Positions 37,443 through 47,404 of a stretch of 64,000 nt of DNA are shown piece after piece. Every line of letters begins with the position of its first letter. Position 1 is the stretch's first letter. The DNA is from Bacteroidota bacterium (GTDB taxonomy: Bacteria; Bacteroidota; Bacteroidia; Bacteroidales; UBA12077): positions 220 to 64,219 of the forward strand of contig JAYEKP010000083.1 in the NCBI GenBank assembly GCA_034661075.1, given 5' to 3'. Under the pieces are notes generated by a model that saw nothing but the letters and a program-made list of their open reading frames with translations, ran no database searches and was not told the origin of the DNA. The translations under genes and the position numbers were made by a program.

Positions 37443-39911
37443 TTATTCATTAATTTTTAATGGTTTTTTTACCCTCTCTTTTAGAAGCGCAATATTTAAA
37501 ACATCCATAATTTCTTTTACAAAATGGAAGTTTAATCCTTTTAGATAAATATCTTTAATTTTAGCAATGTCCTTTTTATTTTCTTCTGACAAAATAATAT
37601 CGGTAATATTAGCACGTTTAGCTGCAAGGATTTTTTCTTTAATACCACCAACAGGCAATACTTTACCACGAAGGGTTATTTCGCCTGTCATAGCTATTTT
37701 GTTTTTCACTTTGCGTTGTGCAAAAATAGAAGCAATAGATGTTGCCATGGTAATTCCTGCCGACGGGCCGTCTTTTGGAATTGCTCCTTCGGGTACGTGA
37801 ATATGTATGTTCCAGTTTTCGAAAGCCGATTGTGGTATTTCTAATTCATCGGCATGCGATTTAATATACTCTAAAGCAATTACAGCCGATTCTTTCATCA
37901 CTTCGCCCAAATTGCCGGTAAGGGTTAATTTCCCTTTTCCTTTACTTAGGCTACTTTCAATAAATAAAATTTCACCCCCTGCTGCAGTCCAGGCTAATCC
38001 GGTAACAACACCCGCAAAATTATTGCCCTGATATTTTTTTTTTGAAAATTCGGGGAGGCCTAATATTTCTTTAGTATCACTAATGCTTAGTGATTTGTTA
38101 AATTTTTCTTCCAATGCAATTTTTCGTGCAATATTACGAATAACTTTTGCCAGGGTTTTATCTAAGGTTCTTACCCCCGATTCGCGAGTATGATTTTCGA
38201 TAATATATTCGAGCACTTTTTTGCTAAATGAAACCTGTGATTTTTTTACGCCATGCGCTTTTAATTGTTTTGGTATTAAGTGTCTTTTAGCAATTTCAAT
38301 CTTTTCTTCTACAATATAACCACTAATATCAATCATTTCCATCCTGTCGCGTAATGCAGGGCTAATGGTTGATAAGGTATTGGCAGTTGCCACAAACATT
38401 ACGTTTGAAAGATCGAATTCCAGTTCCAGGTAATTATCATGGAAAGAACTGTTTTGCTCAGGGTCTAAAACTTCGAGCAGCGCCGAAGCCGGATCGCCAT
38501 GAAAATCATTACTTACCTTGTCAATTTCATCGAGAATAAAAACAGGGTTTGCCGATTTTGCTTTTTTAATGTTTTGAATAATACGGCCTGGCATGGCCCC
38601 GATATAAGTTTTTCGGTGCCCCCGGATTTCTGCTTCGTCGTGTAATCCTCCCAACGACATTCTTACATATTTCCGATCCAGTGCTTTAGCAATAGATTTT
38701 CCAAGCGATGTTTTGCCAACTCCCGGAGGACCATACAAACAAAGAATCGGCGATTTTAAATCACCCTTTAGTTTTAAAACAGCCAGATATTCTAAAATAC
38801 GGTCTTTAACTTTCTCCAATCCAAAATGATCTTCATCCAAAATTTTGTAAGCTCTTTTTAAGTCAAAGTTATCCTGGGTAAATTCGTTCCATGGTAAGTC
38901 AAGCAATGTTTGCAAATAATTAAGCTGAACAGAATATTCGCCCGTTGCAGGATTTAACCGGTGCATTTTTTTAAGCTCTTTGTTAAAAATTTCGGCTACC
39001 TCTTTGTTCCATTTTTTATTTTTAGCCCGTTTCTTTAACTCTTCAATTTCCTGGTCAATAGGGCTTCCTCCCAGCTCATCCTGAATGGTTTTCATTTGCT
39101 GGTGTAATAAGTATTCTCGTTGCTGCCGGTCTAAATCGGTTTTTACTTTGCTTTGGATATCATTTTTAAGTTCCAGCATTTGTACTTCTTTACTTATCAG
39201 TTCAAGAAGCTGTATTGAGCGTTGTTTTAGATCTTCAATTTCAATAAGTTTCTGTTTTTCTTTAATCTCGATATCACTGTTAGAGCAAATAAAATTTACC
39301 AGGAACTTAGGGTTTTCAATATTTTTTACCGCAAATGACGTTTCGGGCGGAATATGGCTGGATAGCTTGATAATACGCAAAGATAAATCTTTCAATGAAC
39401 CAACAATAGCCTCAAATTCGCGACTATCATCTTTTGGTAGCGCATCATCAAGCAATGTAACGGTTGCTTTGTGAAATGGTTCATCTTGAACCATTTTATT
39501 AATTTTAAAACGCTGGCGTCCCTGGATAATAACAGATGTACTTCCATCGGGCATTTCAAGTACTTTTAGAATATGCGCAACGGTCCCTGTTTTATAAATA
39601 TCCTTTTCTTCAGGTTCATTTACTCTGGCATCTTTTTGGGCTACGGTACCAATAATTTTGTCTCCTTTGTAGATATCATTAACCAATTTTATTGATTTCT
39701 TTCGACCTACGGTAATGGGCAAGATTACTCCCGGGAAAAGAACGGTATTTCGTAAAGGTAGAATTGGTAGTTCTTTGGGCATTTCAGATTTTTTCATATC
39801 CACATCATCTTCATCATCTGAAATTAAGGGAATAAAATCTCCATCGGCCTCCATATCCCCTGCAAAGAAAATATTCATGTTTTTATTTCTGAATTCATAT
39901 TTATCACTCAT
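37443..39911 (-). CDS. lon: endopeptidase La (Lon protease)
   Basis: 822 aa. Walker [10 protein letters not shown] and protease Ser motif [14 protein letters not shown]. Confidence 0.97.
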   Translation of the reverse strand: MSDKYEFRNKNMNIFFAGDMEADGDFIPLISDDEDDVDMKKSEMPKELPILPLRNTVLFPGVILPITVGRKKSIKLVNDIYKGDKIIGTVAQKDARVNEPEEKDIYKTGTVAHILKVLEMPDGSTSVIIQGRQRFKINKMVQDEPFHKATVTLLDDALPKDDSREFEAIVGSLKDLSLRIIKLSSHIPPETSFAVKNIENPKFLVNFICSNSDIEIKEKQKLIEIEDLKQRSIQLLELISKEVQMLELKNDIQSKVKTDLDRQQREYLLHQQMKTIQDELGGSPIDQEIEELKKRAKNKKWNKEVAEIFNKELKKMHRLNPATGEYSVQLNYLQTLLDLPWNEFTQDNFDLKRAYKILDEDHFGLEKVKDRILEYLAVLKLKGDLKSPILCLYGPPGVGKTSLGKSIAKALDRKYVRMSLGGLHDEAEIRGHRKTYIGAMPGRIIQNIKKAKSANPVFILDEIDKVSNDFHGDPASALLEVLDPEQNSSFHDNYLELEFDLSNVMFVATANTLSTISPALRDRMEMIDISGYIVEEKIEIAKRHLIPKQLKAHGVKKSQVSFSKKVLEYIIENHTRESGVRTLDKTLAKVIRNIARKIALEEKFNKSLSISDTKEILGLPEFSKKKYQGNNFAGVVTGLAWTAAGGEILFIESSLSKGKGKLTLTGNLGEVMKESAVIALEYIKSHADELEIPQSAFENWNIHIHVPEGAIPKDGPSAGITMATSIASIFAQRKVKNKIAMTGEITLRGKVLPVGGIKEKILAAKRANITDIILSEENKKDIAKIKDIYLKGLNFHFVKEIMDVLNIALLKERVKKPLKINE

Positions 39912-40044
39912 ATACTAAATTCCTATGTTAAAATGGTTTTAATGTAAAGACAAAATGGCAGTACACATAATAAATTTATTAGGATAATAGAATTAGCAAT
40001 CACTATGCCAAAAGTTTTTAATGCAAAATTTTGGCAGCAAAAAT

Positions 40045-41232
40045 TTAATACATTCTGTATTTTGAAGTTTTTTCGAAGATATAGCTTAGTATTTTTTTCT
40101 CTTTATCATCTAAAATTTTATTCCTGCGTTCCATAACTTTTTCAGCTACTTCAAATGCTTTATCCAATCCATAAATAGTAAACCCTTGCGCTCCACCCCA
40201 TGAAAAGGAAGGAATAAAATTCCGCGGAAATCCACCGCCAAAGATATTGGCGTTAACCCCAATTACGGTTCCGGTATTAAACATGGTATTTATAGCGCAT
40301 TTGGAATGATCGCCCATAATTAAACCACAGAATTGCAAGCCGGTCTTAATAAATCGTTCTTTTTCATAATTCCACAAACGTACTTCTGTATAATTGTTCT
40401 TAAGGTTTGAATTGTTCGTATCGGCTCCCAGGTTACACCATTCTCCAATTACGGAGTTTCCTAAAAATCCATCGTGTGCTTTATTGGAATATCCAATAAT
40501 TACAGCGTTATTAATTTCTCCACCTACTTTTGAATAGGGTCCAATGGTGGTGGGCCCATATATTTTGGCTCCTATTTTAACTACGGCATGTTCACATAAA
40601 GCAAATGGCCCCCTTATGATGCTCCCTTCCATAATTTCTGTATTTTTTCCAATATAAATAGGCCCTTTTGAGGCATTTAGGGTGGCAAACTCAATTTTTG
40701 CTCCTTCTTCAATAAAAATATTTTCTTCTGCTAATATGTTATTTGAGTTGCTTAATGGCTTTGATTTTTTATTTTTAGTAATAAGATTAAAATCTGTTTT
40801 TATATTTATCTCATTTAGCTTAAAAATATCCCAAGGCCATTCAATAGAAATAAATTCCGACGAAAAATTTTTCTTTTCAAAACTTTCTATTGAAAAAGGA
40901 TTGAAATTGGGAAGCTGATCTTTGTTTATTTTTAGTGCCAGTATCTTTTTGCCTGCAACCAAAGCTTTATTGGTGTCAAGTTGTTGGATTTCTTCAATGA
41001 GATTTTTATTGGGTATTACCGAACCATTGATGAGTATATTTTCAGTGGCAACCTTTATGGTATACTTTTCGGAGAGATAATCTTCTGTTTTATAGGATAC
41101 CGGGCTTTGAAGCATTTTTTCCCATTTTTCTTTTAGGGTAAGAATTCCAGTTCTTATTTCGCCAACAGGTTTGGTAAAAGTAAGTGGTAATAAGTTTTGC
41201 CAGCTTTTATCGTCGAATAATATGTAATTCAT
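40045..41232 (-). CDS. putative sugar nucleotidyltransferase with left-handed beta-helix domain (GlmU-like)
   Basis: Start at MNYILFDD. The C-terminal hexapeptide repeats (IG.N..I) resemble the TIGR03991-type family. Confidence 0.65.
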   Translation of the reverse strand: MNYILFDDKSWQNLLPLTFTKPVGEIRTGILTLKEKWEKMLQSPVSYKTEDYLSEKYTIKVATENILINGSVIPNKNLIEEIQQLDTNKALVAGKKILALKINKDQLPNFNPFSIESFEKKNFSSEFISIEWPWDIFKLNEINIKTDFNLITKNKKSKPLSNSNNILAEENIFIEEGAKIEFATLNASKGPIYIGKNTEIMEGSIIRGPFALCEHAVVKIGAKIYGPTTIGPYSKVGGEINNAVIIGYSNKAHDGFLGNSVIGEWCNLGADTNNSNLKNNYTEVRLWNYEKERFIKTGLQFCGLIMGDHSKCAINTMFNTGTVIGVNANIFGGGFPRNFIPSFSWGGAQGFTIYGLDKAFEVAEKVMERRNKILDDKEKKILSYIFEKTSKYRMY

Positions 41233-41323
41233 AGGTAAAAAGTTTATGAAGTTTCCATACAAATTTAAACAAAAAAAGCTCCGATTGTCGGAGCTTTCAA
41301 TATTTTCTTACGTGTATGATGAT

Positions 41324-41581
41324 TTATTTTTTTACATGCTTTTTATATTTGTTCATGTACTTATCTACACGTCCGGCAGTATCAACAAGTTTCATCTTAC
41401 CTGTATAAAATGGGTGAGAGGTATTTGAAATTTCAACTTTAATTAATGGATATTCAACACCATCTTCCATTTTAATGGTTTCTTTTGATGGTGCAGTAGA
41501 TCTTGTAATAAAAGTCTCACCATTCGACATATCTTTAAAAACCACCAACCTGTAATTGTCCGGATGTATTCCTTTTCTCAT
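41324..41581 (-). CDS. rpmE2: 50S ribosomal protein L31, type B
   Basis: [15 protein letters not shown]...HPFYTGK. It lacks the CxxC zinc motif, so it is type B. Confidence 0.9.
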   Translation of the reverse strand: MRKGIHPDNYRLVVFKDMSNGETFITRSTAPSKETIKMEDGVEYPLIKVEISNTSHPFYTGKMKLVDTAGRVDKYMNKYKKHVKK

Positions 41582-41640
41582 TGTAAAACTCCTTTATATT
41601 ATGCAATACGATTAACTACAAAATTAAACTTAATGGTCTG

Positions 41641-41648
41641 CAAAATTA
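41641..41648 (-). promoter_or_regulatory. Bacteroidota -7 box (TAATTTTG) upstream of rpmE2
   Basis: The reverse complement reads TAATTTTG and matches the TAnnTTTG consensus, about 60 nt upstream of the start codon. Confidence 0.35.
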
Positions 41649-41696
41649 ATTATTGTTATCAAAAATACAAAATAATACAACTCTTTTTTGTCGAAA

Positions 41697-43169
41697 TTAT
41701 TTCAAAGCGAACCAATTATCGAGATTATGCTTTTGTTTTCCTACAAATTTATGATGAATAAATTCATTGTTATGCTTATTATAATGATAATCTTTAATCC
41801 ATTTTTGATGATTTTTTGCAATCTCCGCTACAGCATTTATAATATAATCGATTTCCTGGTTACTTGTTGTAGGATGAATGGACCATCGTATCCACCCAGG
41901 TTTTTGCGATAAATCTCTATGATTGATTAGTTCGGTAATTTTGCGTGAATAATTATGGGTGACATTTAACAGATAATGGCCATATGTTCCGGCACAAGCA
42001 CAACCGCCTCTCATCTGTACTCCATATCTGTCGCTTAACAATTTAACCACCAGGTTATAATGTACATCTTCGATATAAAATGAAAGTGCACCTATTCGGT
42101 CCATTACATTTTCGGCTAGAATTTTAACCCCGGGGATTGCCTTTAGCCCTTTAAAAGCTCTTGGAATAAGTTCTTTTTCTCGTTGTTCCATATTTTTAAC
42201 TCCAATATTGTCTTTGAGCTCAACGGTTAAAGCAGATCTTATGGCTTGTAAAAATCCAGGTGTCCCTCCATCTTCTCGTGATTCAATATCATCAATATAT
42301 TTATATTCACCCCAACGATTGGTCCAATCAACGGTACCTCCGCCAGGATTATCGGGAGCTTTGTTGTTGTATAAGTTCGAATCAAAGATCATGATACCTG
42401 CGGTTCCCGGGCCACCTAGGAACTTGTGAGGAGAAAAGAAGATAGCGTCCAGTTTCTCCATCGGATCTTTCGGATGCATGTTAATTTCTACGTAAGGAGC
42501 AGAAGCTGCAAAATCGACAAAACAGAGTCCATCAAATTCGTGCATTAATTTAGCTAATTTATAATAGGGTGGTTTAACACCGGTAACATTTGAGGCTGCT
42601 GAAAATGAACCAATTTTTAATTTTCGGTCTTTATATTCTTCAAGTTTCTCGCGCAATTTTTCCGGATCAACCAGTAAGTTTTCATCGGGTTCAATAATTA
42701 CAACATCACAATAGGTTTCGTACCAGGAGGTTTGGTTGGAATGATGTTCCATGTGCGTTAGAAAAACAACCGGGCGTTCCATTTCTTTTAAACACTTCTT
42801 ATTTCGTAAAAGACCACATCCTTTCAACCCTAAAATTCGTTGTAATTTATTGATTACAGATGTCATTCCGAATCCTGCCTGGATTAATACATCATTAGGC
42901 CCTGCATTTACATGCTTTTTAATTAATTTTTGTGCATGATGATAACTATGTGTCATTAAAGTCCCTGTTTCGCTAGTTTCGGTATGTGTATTCGCAACGT
43001 AAGGGCCAAATTGCTCAAGCATTTTACGTTCAATAGGTTCATAAAGTCTTCCGCTGGCAATCCAGTCGGCATAAATTATTTTTTGTTCACCGTAAGGTGA
43101 GTTGTAAGTTGCATTAAAACCCACAATATTTTTCTTAAAGGGTTCGAAATGTTTTTCTAATGAACTCAT
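41697..43169 (-). CDS. aminotransferase class V-fold PLP-dependent enzyme (cysteine desulfurase/selenocysteine lyase-like)
   Basis: Start at MSSLEKHF. FFSPHKFLGGPGTAG contains the PLP lysine motif. Confidence 0.75.
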   Translation of the reverse strand: MSSLEKHFEPFKKNIVGFNATYNSPYGEQKIIYADWIASGRLYEPIERKMLEQFGPYVANTHTETSETGTLMTHSYHHAQKLIKKHVNAGPNDVLIQAGFGMTSVINKLQRILGLKGCGLLRNKKCLKEMERPVVFLTHMEHHSNQTSWYETYCDVVIIEPDENLLVDPEKLREKLEEYKDRKLKIGSFSAASNVTGVKPPYYKLAKLMHEFDGLCFVDFAASAPYVEINMHPKDPMEKLDAIFFSPHKFLGGPGTAGIMIFDSNLYNNKAPDNPGGGTVDWTNRWGEYKYIDDIESREDGGTPGFLQAIRSALTVELKDNIGVKNMEQREKELIPRAFKGLKAIPGVKILAENVMDRIGALSFYIEDVHYNLVVKLLSDRYGVQMRGGCACAGTYGHYLLNVTHNYSRKITELINHRDLSQKPGWIRWSIHPTTSNQEIDYIINAVAEIAKNHQKWIKDYHYNKHNNEFIHHKFVGKQKHNLDNWFALK

Positions 43170-43280
43170 AGGAGCGGTTTTTTTATTAGGATGGTAAAAA
43201 TAGAACAAAGCAGTAAATTTTTAAAATAAAATTAGCTATAATTTAGTATTTGAATGATTTGCCACGTGGAGTTTATAATA

Positions 43281-43306
43281 TAAAAAAATCCGGGTTAACC
43301 CGGATT
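43281..43306 (-). terminator. rho-independent terminator of the BI-1 family gene
   Basis: AATCCGGG-TTAA-CCCGGATT is a perfect stem. On the minus strand it is followed by a T7 tract. Confidence 0.7.
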
Positions 43307-43326
43307 AGTAATATTGTGAGTGATTG

Positions 43327-44094
43327 TTAATCTCTGCTGGCAAATTTGGATAATAATCTTAGTAGTTCAATGTAAAGCCATATAAGCGTTACCATTAATC
43401 CAAATGCAGCGTACCATTCCATAAATTTAGGTAATCCTGCTTCGGAACTTTTGGCAATAAAATCAAAATCAAGAACCAGGTTCAGGGCTGCTATACCAAC
43501 TATTACCAAACTTATACCAATCCCTAAAATTCCGTTGCTGTGGATGATTAAATTGTTTACACCAAAAAAGGATAAGATTATAGAGATAAAATATACTAAT
43601 GCAACCGCACCGGTAGCTGCTATAACTCCTGCGCGGAATTTTTTAGTAACTTTAATCATACCTGTTCGGTATCCTAGTAGCAAAATGAACATTGTTCCAA
43701 AAGTGAGCGCAATAGCCTGGATAACAATGCCCGGATAGGAGGCTTCGAAAAATGCCGAGACAGCACCTAAGAATAAACCTTCCAGAATGGCATAAATGGG
43801 TGCAGTAATATATGCCCAGCTACGTTTAAAAATGGTAATTAAAGCAGCTATAAAACCACCAATGCCCCCAATTGCAATCCATTTGGAAACCAGTGCAGAT
43901 CCTGCTTCGATATTTGTTGCTCCAAAAAACATATTCCATGTATACAGAGCTCCTACAATAACAAGCAATAACATGGCAACCGACTTGTTGATCGTTCCGT
44001 TTAATGTCATGGTTTCGGTGTACGTTGTTGCATAAGACCTGCTATTAAAAGCCGTTTTCGATAAAACCGGGTTAGATGATCTTGCGATATTCAT
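43327..44094 (-). CDS. Bax inhibitor-1/YccA family membrane protein
   Basis: Start at MNIARSSNPVL. It has seven hydrophobic segments, a C-terminal ...YIELLRLL... and a basic tail. Confidence 0.8.
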   Translation of the reverse strand: MNIARSSNPVLSKTAFNSRSYATTYTETMTLNGTINKSVAMLLLVIVGALYTWNMFFGATNIEAGSALVSKWIAIGGIGGFIAALITIFKRSWAYITAPIYAILEGLFLGAVSAFFEASYPGIVIQAIALTFGTMFILLLGYRTGMIKVTKKFRAGVIAATGAVALVYFISIILSFFGVNNLIIHSNGILGIGISLVIVGIAALNLVLDFDFIAKSSEAGLPKFMEWYAAFGLMVTLIWLYIELLRLLSKFASRD

Positions 44095-44179
44095 AATTTC
44101 TCTTTTTTGTTTTTTTCTTTTTATCAAAATATATACCTAAGATATTTGTGTGATATTTACTGTCAAAATGTCTTTAGAA

Positions 44180-45526
44180 TTATATTACAATGATTTGATG
44201 GTCGATTAAAATAAATAGAATTAATAAAACGGAACTGTAAAATATATACCATTTTAGGGGAATATATTTTTTCGGTTTAATCCCTAATTTGAAGTAGTTG
44301 TAAGCCACTAAAATAATTTTAGATAAAAAGTAGGTCCCAATCGTTGCTACAGCTACTCCTGTTACTCCGTATTCTTTAACAAACCAGAGGCTTAAAAAGA
44401 TATTGACTAGGACTTCAAAAATGGAAACATACAATATCGTTCGAGTCTTTTTTAATCCGATAAGAATGGTGTGAGGAAATACCAGACGACTGGCAATAGC
44501 CAATAAGTAAACCACAAAAACGTCAGCACTACGGGTAAACTCTTCGTTAAAAACAAAGTGATAAATAGGTTTGGCAAATAACAACATAACAATGGTTAAC
44601 GGATACATAGAATGCATTATTCGCAGTGATTTACGTTTTAGAACATCAAGCGACTCAAGCACCTTTTTTTTGGTGGAAAATTCGGTGAGCATGGCCGAGC
44701 TTAAACCTGCCGCAAGCATTACCACAAATGGTAATTCCTTGGCTCCATAACGGAAAATAGCAAATCCATCAGCAGAATAATGTATAGAGACTACCAAACC
44801 ATCGATGTATTGTGCCGAACCACTAATTAACGTGCTAAAAATTAAAGGGGTTGCCAGGAAAAGAATCTCTTTCATATAAGAAAAAGATAATTTTATTTCG
44901 GCGTAATTATAAATTAACGTTAGCAACCAAATATTCCTTACAATAGAAACAAAGACCAAACCACGCAATGCCCAAACAATATTATATCCTAATAAAACCG
45001 GAGCCAGAACGGCTACCAGTTGTAAAGTGTAAGTGATGTAGGCGTAACTTATGGTGTTGCCCGATTTATTTTGAACCATGTAAATGTATTCGACCAGGCA
45101 GGCCGGGCTACTTAAGAAAATATACCAAAGCGTAACATTTAAAAGCGGTGCTTTCCCTTTAATACCAAATACCGAAAAGTTATTTTGTACGGCCAGTCCA
45201 ATAAAAAAAACAATTACACTGAAAACCAGTAAAAGTACAAAGATGTTAAAAATCTCAGGAGATTTGGAAAAGTTGCCATCCAGCTGTCCGCCAAATGTTT
45301 TGTTTTTTCTAAATAACGATAAAAAGGACTGAATTAAACCAGTTACCCAAAAGAATGTAGCAAAACTGGCCATAAATACAGATATTTCAAACAAACCGAT
45401 TTGTTCTTTTGATAGTCCTATTTTTGTAAAAACTATGGATATAATTAAAAAAGTAACAAACCGTAGAATGTTAAAAACCTGTAACCCGGCAATGTTATTA
45501 ACGTTTCTTTTAGGAGCTAACCACAC
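44180..45526 (-). CDS. MOP-superfamily oligosaccharide/polysaccharide flippase (Wzx-like)
   Basis: 448 aa with about 12-14 TM segments. Assigned from topology and general sequence pattern only. Confidence 0.6.
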   Translation of the reverse strand: MWLAPKRNVNNIAGLQVFNILRFVTFLIISIVFTKIGLSKEQIGLFEISVFMASFATFFWVTGLIQSFLSLFRKNKTFGGQLDGNFSKSPEIFNIFVLLLVFSVIVFFIGLAVQNNFSVFGIKGKAPLLNVTLWYIFLSSPACLVEYIYMVQNKSGNTISYAYITYTLQLVAVLAPVLLGYNIVWALRGLVFVSIVRNIWLLTLIYNYAEIKLSFSYMKEILFLATPLIFSTLISGSAQYIDGLVVSIHYSADGFAIFRYGAKELPFVVMLAAGLSSAMLTEFSTKKKVLESLDVLKRKSLRIMHSMYPLTIVMLLFAKPIYHFVFNEEFTRSADVFVVYLLAIASRLVFPHTILIGLKKTRTILYVSIFEVLVNIFLSLWFVKEYGVTGVAVATIGTYFLSKIILVAYNYFKLGIKPKKYIPLKWYIFYSSVLLILFILIDHQIIVI

Positions 45527-45630
45527 ACCAATAATATTTTAAAATTTAAGGGGCAAAAATACATGTAAACAATTGAATAAAAAATATTTTAACTTTTTTT
45601 AAATGATTAGTGGAATAAATTCTCACGTTT

Positions 45631-45663
45631 TTTGTATAAAATAAAATTTCTTGTTTATATTTG
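45631..45663 (+). promoter_or_regulatory. Bacteroidota-type promoter (-33 TTTG, -7 TATATTTG) for the tRNA-His locus
   Basis: TTTG at 45631-45634 and TATATTTG at 45656-45663, with a 21-nt spacer. The tRNA-like sequence starts 13 nt downstream. Confidence 0.5.
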
Positions 45664-45675
45664 CAGTCCTAAAAT

Positions 45676-45804
45676 GGTGGATGTAGCTTAGTTTGGTGCC
45701 GAAAAATTTGAAATCTTTGATTTCATTCATTTTCCGAGCATTCTCGAAAAACCAGCAAAGCAAAGCTTTTAGGTTTTTCGGAATTAGAGCACCGGATTGT
45801 GGTT
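45676..45804 (+). pseudogene. tRNA-His 5'-half copy (acceptor 5' strand, D arm, anticodon stem 5' strand plus GTG loop), interrupted in the D loop and lacking the T arm and 3' acceptor strand
   Basis: 45676-45697 GGTGGATGTAGCTTAGTTTGGT and 45784-45804 TTAGAGCACCGGATTGTGGTT differ from the intact gene at 45837 by only three substitutions and one 1-nt indel. No 3' half is present. Confidence 0.6.
45699..45781 (+). other. structured roughly 87-nt insert inside the tRNA-His-like D loop
   Basis: The closing helix CCGAAAAA/TTTTTCGG encloses three hairpins: TGAAATC-TTT-GATTTCA (45709-45725), TTTTCCGAG-CATT-CTCGAAAA (45730-45750) and AAAGC-AAA-GCTTT (45757-45769). Confidence 0.45.
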
Positions 45805-45836
45805 AGAAGTAAACCTTAAGTTCTTAAATATTATAT

Positions 45837-45911
45837 GGTGGATGTAGCTCAGTCGGTTAGAGCACTGGATTGTGGTTCCAGGGGTCGTGGGTTCGAGTCC
45901 CATCTTCCACC
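45837..45911 (+). tRNA. tRNA-His (anticodon GTG) with encoded G-1
   Basis: A manual cloverleaf gives G-1, acceptor GTGGATG/CTTCCAC (one T-T mismatch), D arm GCTC/GAGC, anticodon arm CTGGA-TTGTGGT-TCCAG, T arm GTGGG-TTCGAGT-CCCAT and discriminator C. Confidence 0.92.
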
Positions 45912-45918
45912 CAACTTC

Positions 45919-45942
45919 AAGCTCCTGACAAGGAGCTTTTTT
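45919..45942. terminator. terminator hairpin after tRNA-His, abutting the stop codon of the convergent trmH-family gene
   Basis: AAGCTCCT-GACA-AGGAGCTT followed by a T6 tract. Confidence 0.7.
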
Positions 45943-46738
45943 ATTGCTTAAAATCTCGTTGTCGCATAGCCTCAAAAACCAGAATGGCTGTTGAGGTTGA
46001 AACGTTTAATGAGTCGATGGCTCCACGCATAGGGATAATAATTTGTTCATCGGTATTTTTTAGCCATTTTTCGGTTAGCCCGAATGCTTCAGTGCCCATA
46101 ACAATAGCCGTTGGGCCTTTATAATCTTTTTGATGATAATTTTCAGTAGCTGTTAACGAAGCGGCATACGTTTTAATTTTATTTTCTTTAAGCCATGTAA
46201 TAGCTATATCAGAAGAACATGCGACAACCTGAGTAGTAAAAACACAGCCAATACTCGACCGAATCACATTCGGATTATAAATATCGGTTAATGGATCGGA
46301 AATAACTACCGCATCAACATGGGCAGCATCAGCAGTGCGTAATATGGCTCCCATGTTGCCCGGTTTTTCAACCGACTCCAACACAATAATTAACGGATTC
46401 TTTTGTAACGTAAGCTCATTTAATGTAAGATATTTTGGTTCGCCCAGCGCAATTAACCCTTCGGTAGAACCACGATAGGCCAGTTTTTTATAAACATCAA
46501 GGCTGATTTCAAAAATCGAAGATATTGGATGGAAACGTTTAATAATTTCATCTTCGGATATAATTTCCGCACAAAAAAAAATTGATTTTATTTGCATACC
46601 GGATTGTAGTGCCAGCGTTATTTCTCGGAGTCCTTCAATAACAATAAGGTTTTGCTTCTTACGCTCCGATGATTTTTGTTGTAATCTCAGAATATTTTTA
46701 ATTTTCGGATTTTGGACGCTGGTAATTTGTTCGGCCAT
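45941..46738 (-). CDS. TrmH/SpoU family RNA 2'-O-methyltransferase
   Basis: 265 aa with an N-terminal substrate-binding domain plus SPOUT motifs (LESVEKPGNMGAILRTADA, IIPMRGAIDSLNVS). Confidence 0.85.
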   Translation of the reverse strand: MAEQITSVQNPKIKNILRLQQKSSERKKQNLIVIEGLREITLALQSGMQIKSIFFCAEIISEDEIIKRFHPISSIFEISLDVYKKLAYRGSTEGLIALGEPKYLTLNELTLQKNPLIIVLESVEKPGNMGAILRTADAAHVDAVVISDPLTDIYNPNVIRSSIGCVFTTQVVACSSDIAITWLKENKIKTYAASLTATENYHQKDYKGPTAIVMGTEAFGLTEKWLKNTDEQIIIPMRGAIDSLNVSTSTAILVFEAMRQRDFKQ

Positions 46739-46871
46739 AATTTTACATTAAATGGTTTTTTATTTTGCTAAAATATAGAATAAAAAGGTTAATTCCATAA
46801 CAAAATTCATACGTTGGATACAATGAAATCAGCAAATAATTAATATCTTTAGATTTCCAATAAGATTTTTA

Positions 46872-47385
46872 ATGATTGAATACAAAAATATTACGCTGCG
46901 TAACTGGCAGCCCAAAGATATCCGTTCGTTGGTAAAAAACGCCAATAATAAAAAAAATATGGGATAATTTGAGGGATGAGTTTCCTTATCCCTATACAGA
47001 GATGGCTGCAAAACAATGGATTGAGATTGCAAACCGGGAAAAACCATTAAGAAATTTTGCCATTGTATACAAAGAAGAAGCAGTAGGAGGGATAGGAATT
47101 AATATTTTAACCGATGTATTCAGAAAAAATGCGGAAATTGGTTACTGGGTGGGCGAAAAATACTGGAACAGTGGCATTGCAACTAATGCTTTAAAAGCAA
47201 TGACTGCTTATACTTTCGAAAATTTTGAGGTGGTTAGAATTTTTGCTCATGTATTTGAGAATAACATTTCGTCCATAAAAGTTTTGGAAAAGTGCGGATT
47301 TCTGCACGAAGCCAAATTAAAAAACTCAATCATTAAAAATAACCAACTGCAGGATTGCTATATTTATGCTTTATTAAAATCGTAA
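46872..47385 (+). pseudogene. GNAT (RimJ/RimL-like) N-acetyltransferase with a frameshift in an A8 run
   Basis: From ATG 46872 the frame reads MIEYKNITLRNWQPKDIRSLVKNANNKK and then stops. The +1 frame continues IWDNLRDEFPYPYTEMAAKQWIE... (ORF 46969..47385). The junction lies in A8 at 46950-46957. Confidence 0.75.
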
Positions 47386-47404
47386 ATTGTTATTATTATT
47401 TAAC

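Noticed and set aside
46829-47047. 72-aa minus-strand ORF opposite the GNAT 5' region.
   Set aside because: The region is explained by the frameshifted GNAT gene on the plus strand. The minus-strand product has no recognisable features.
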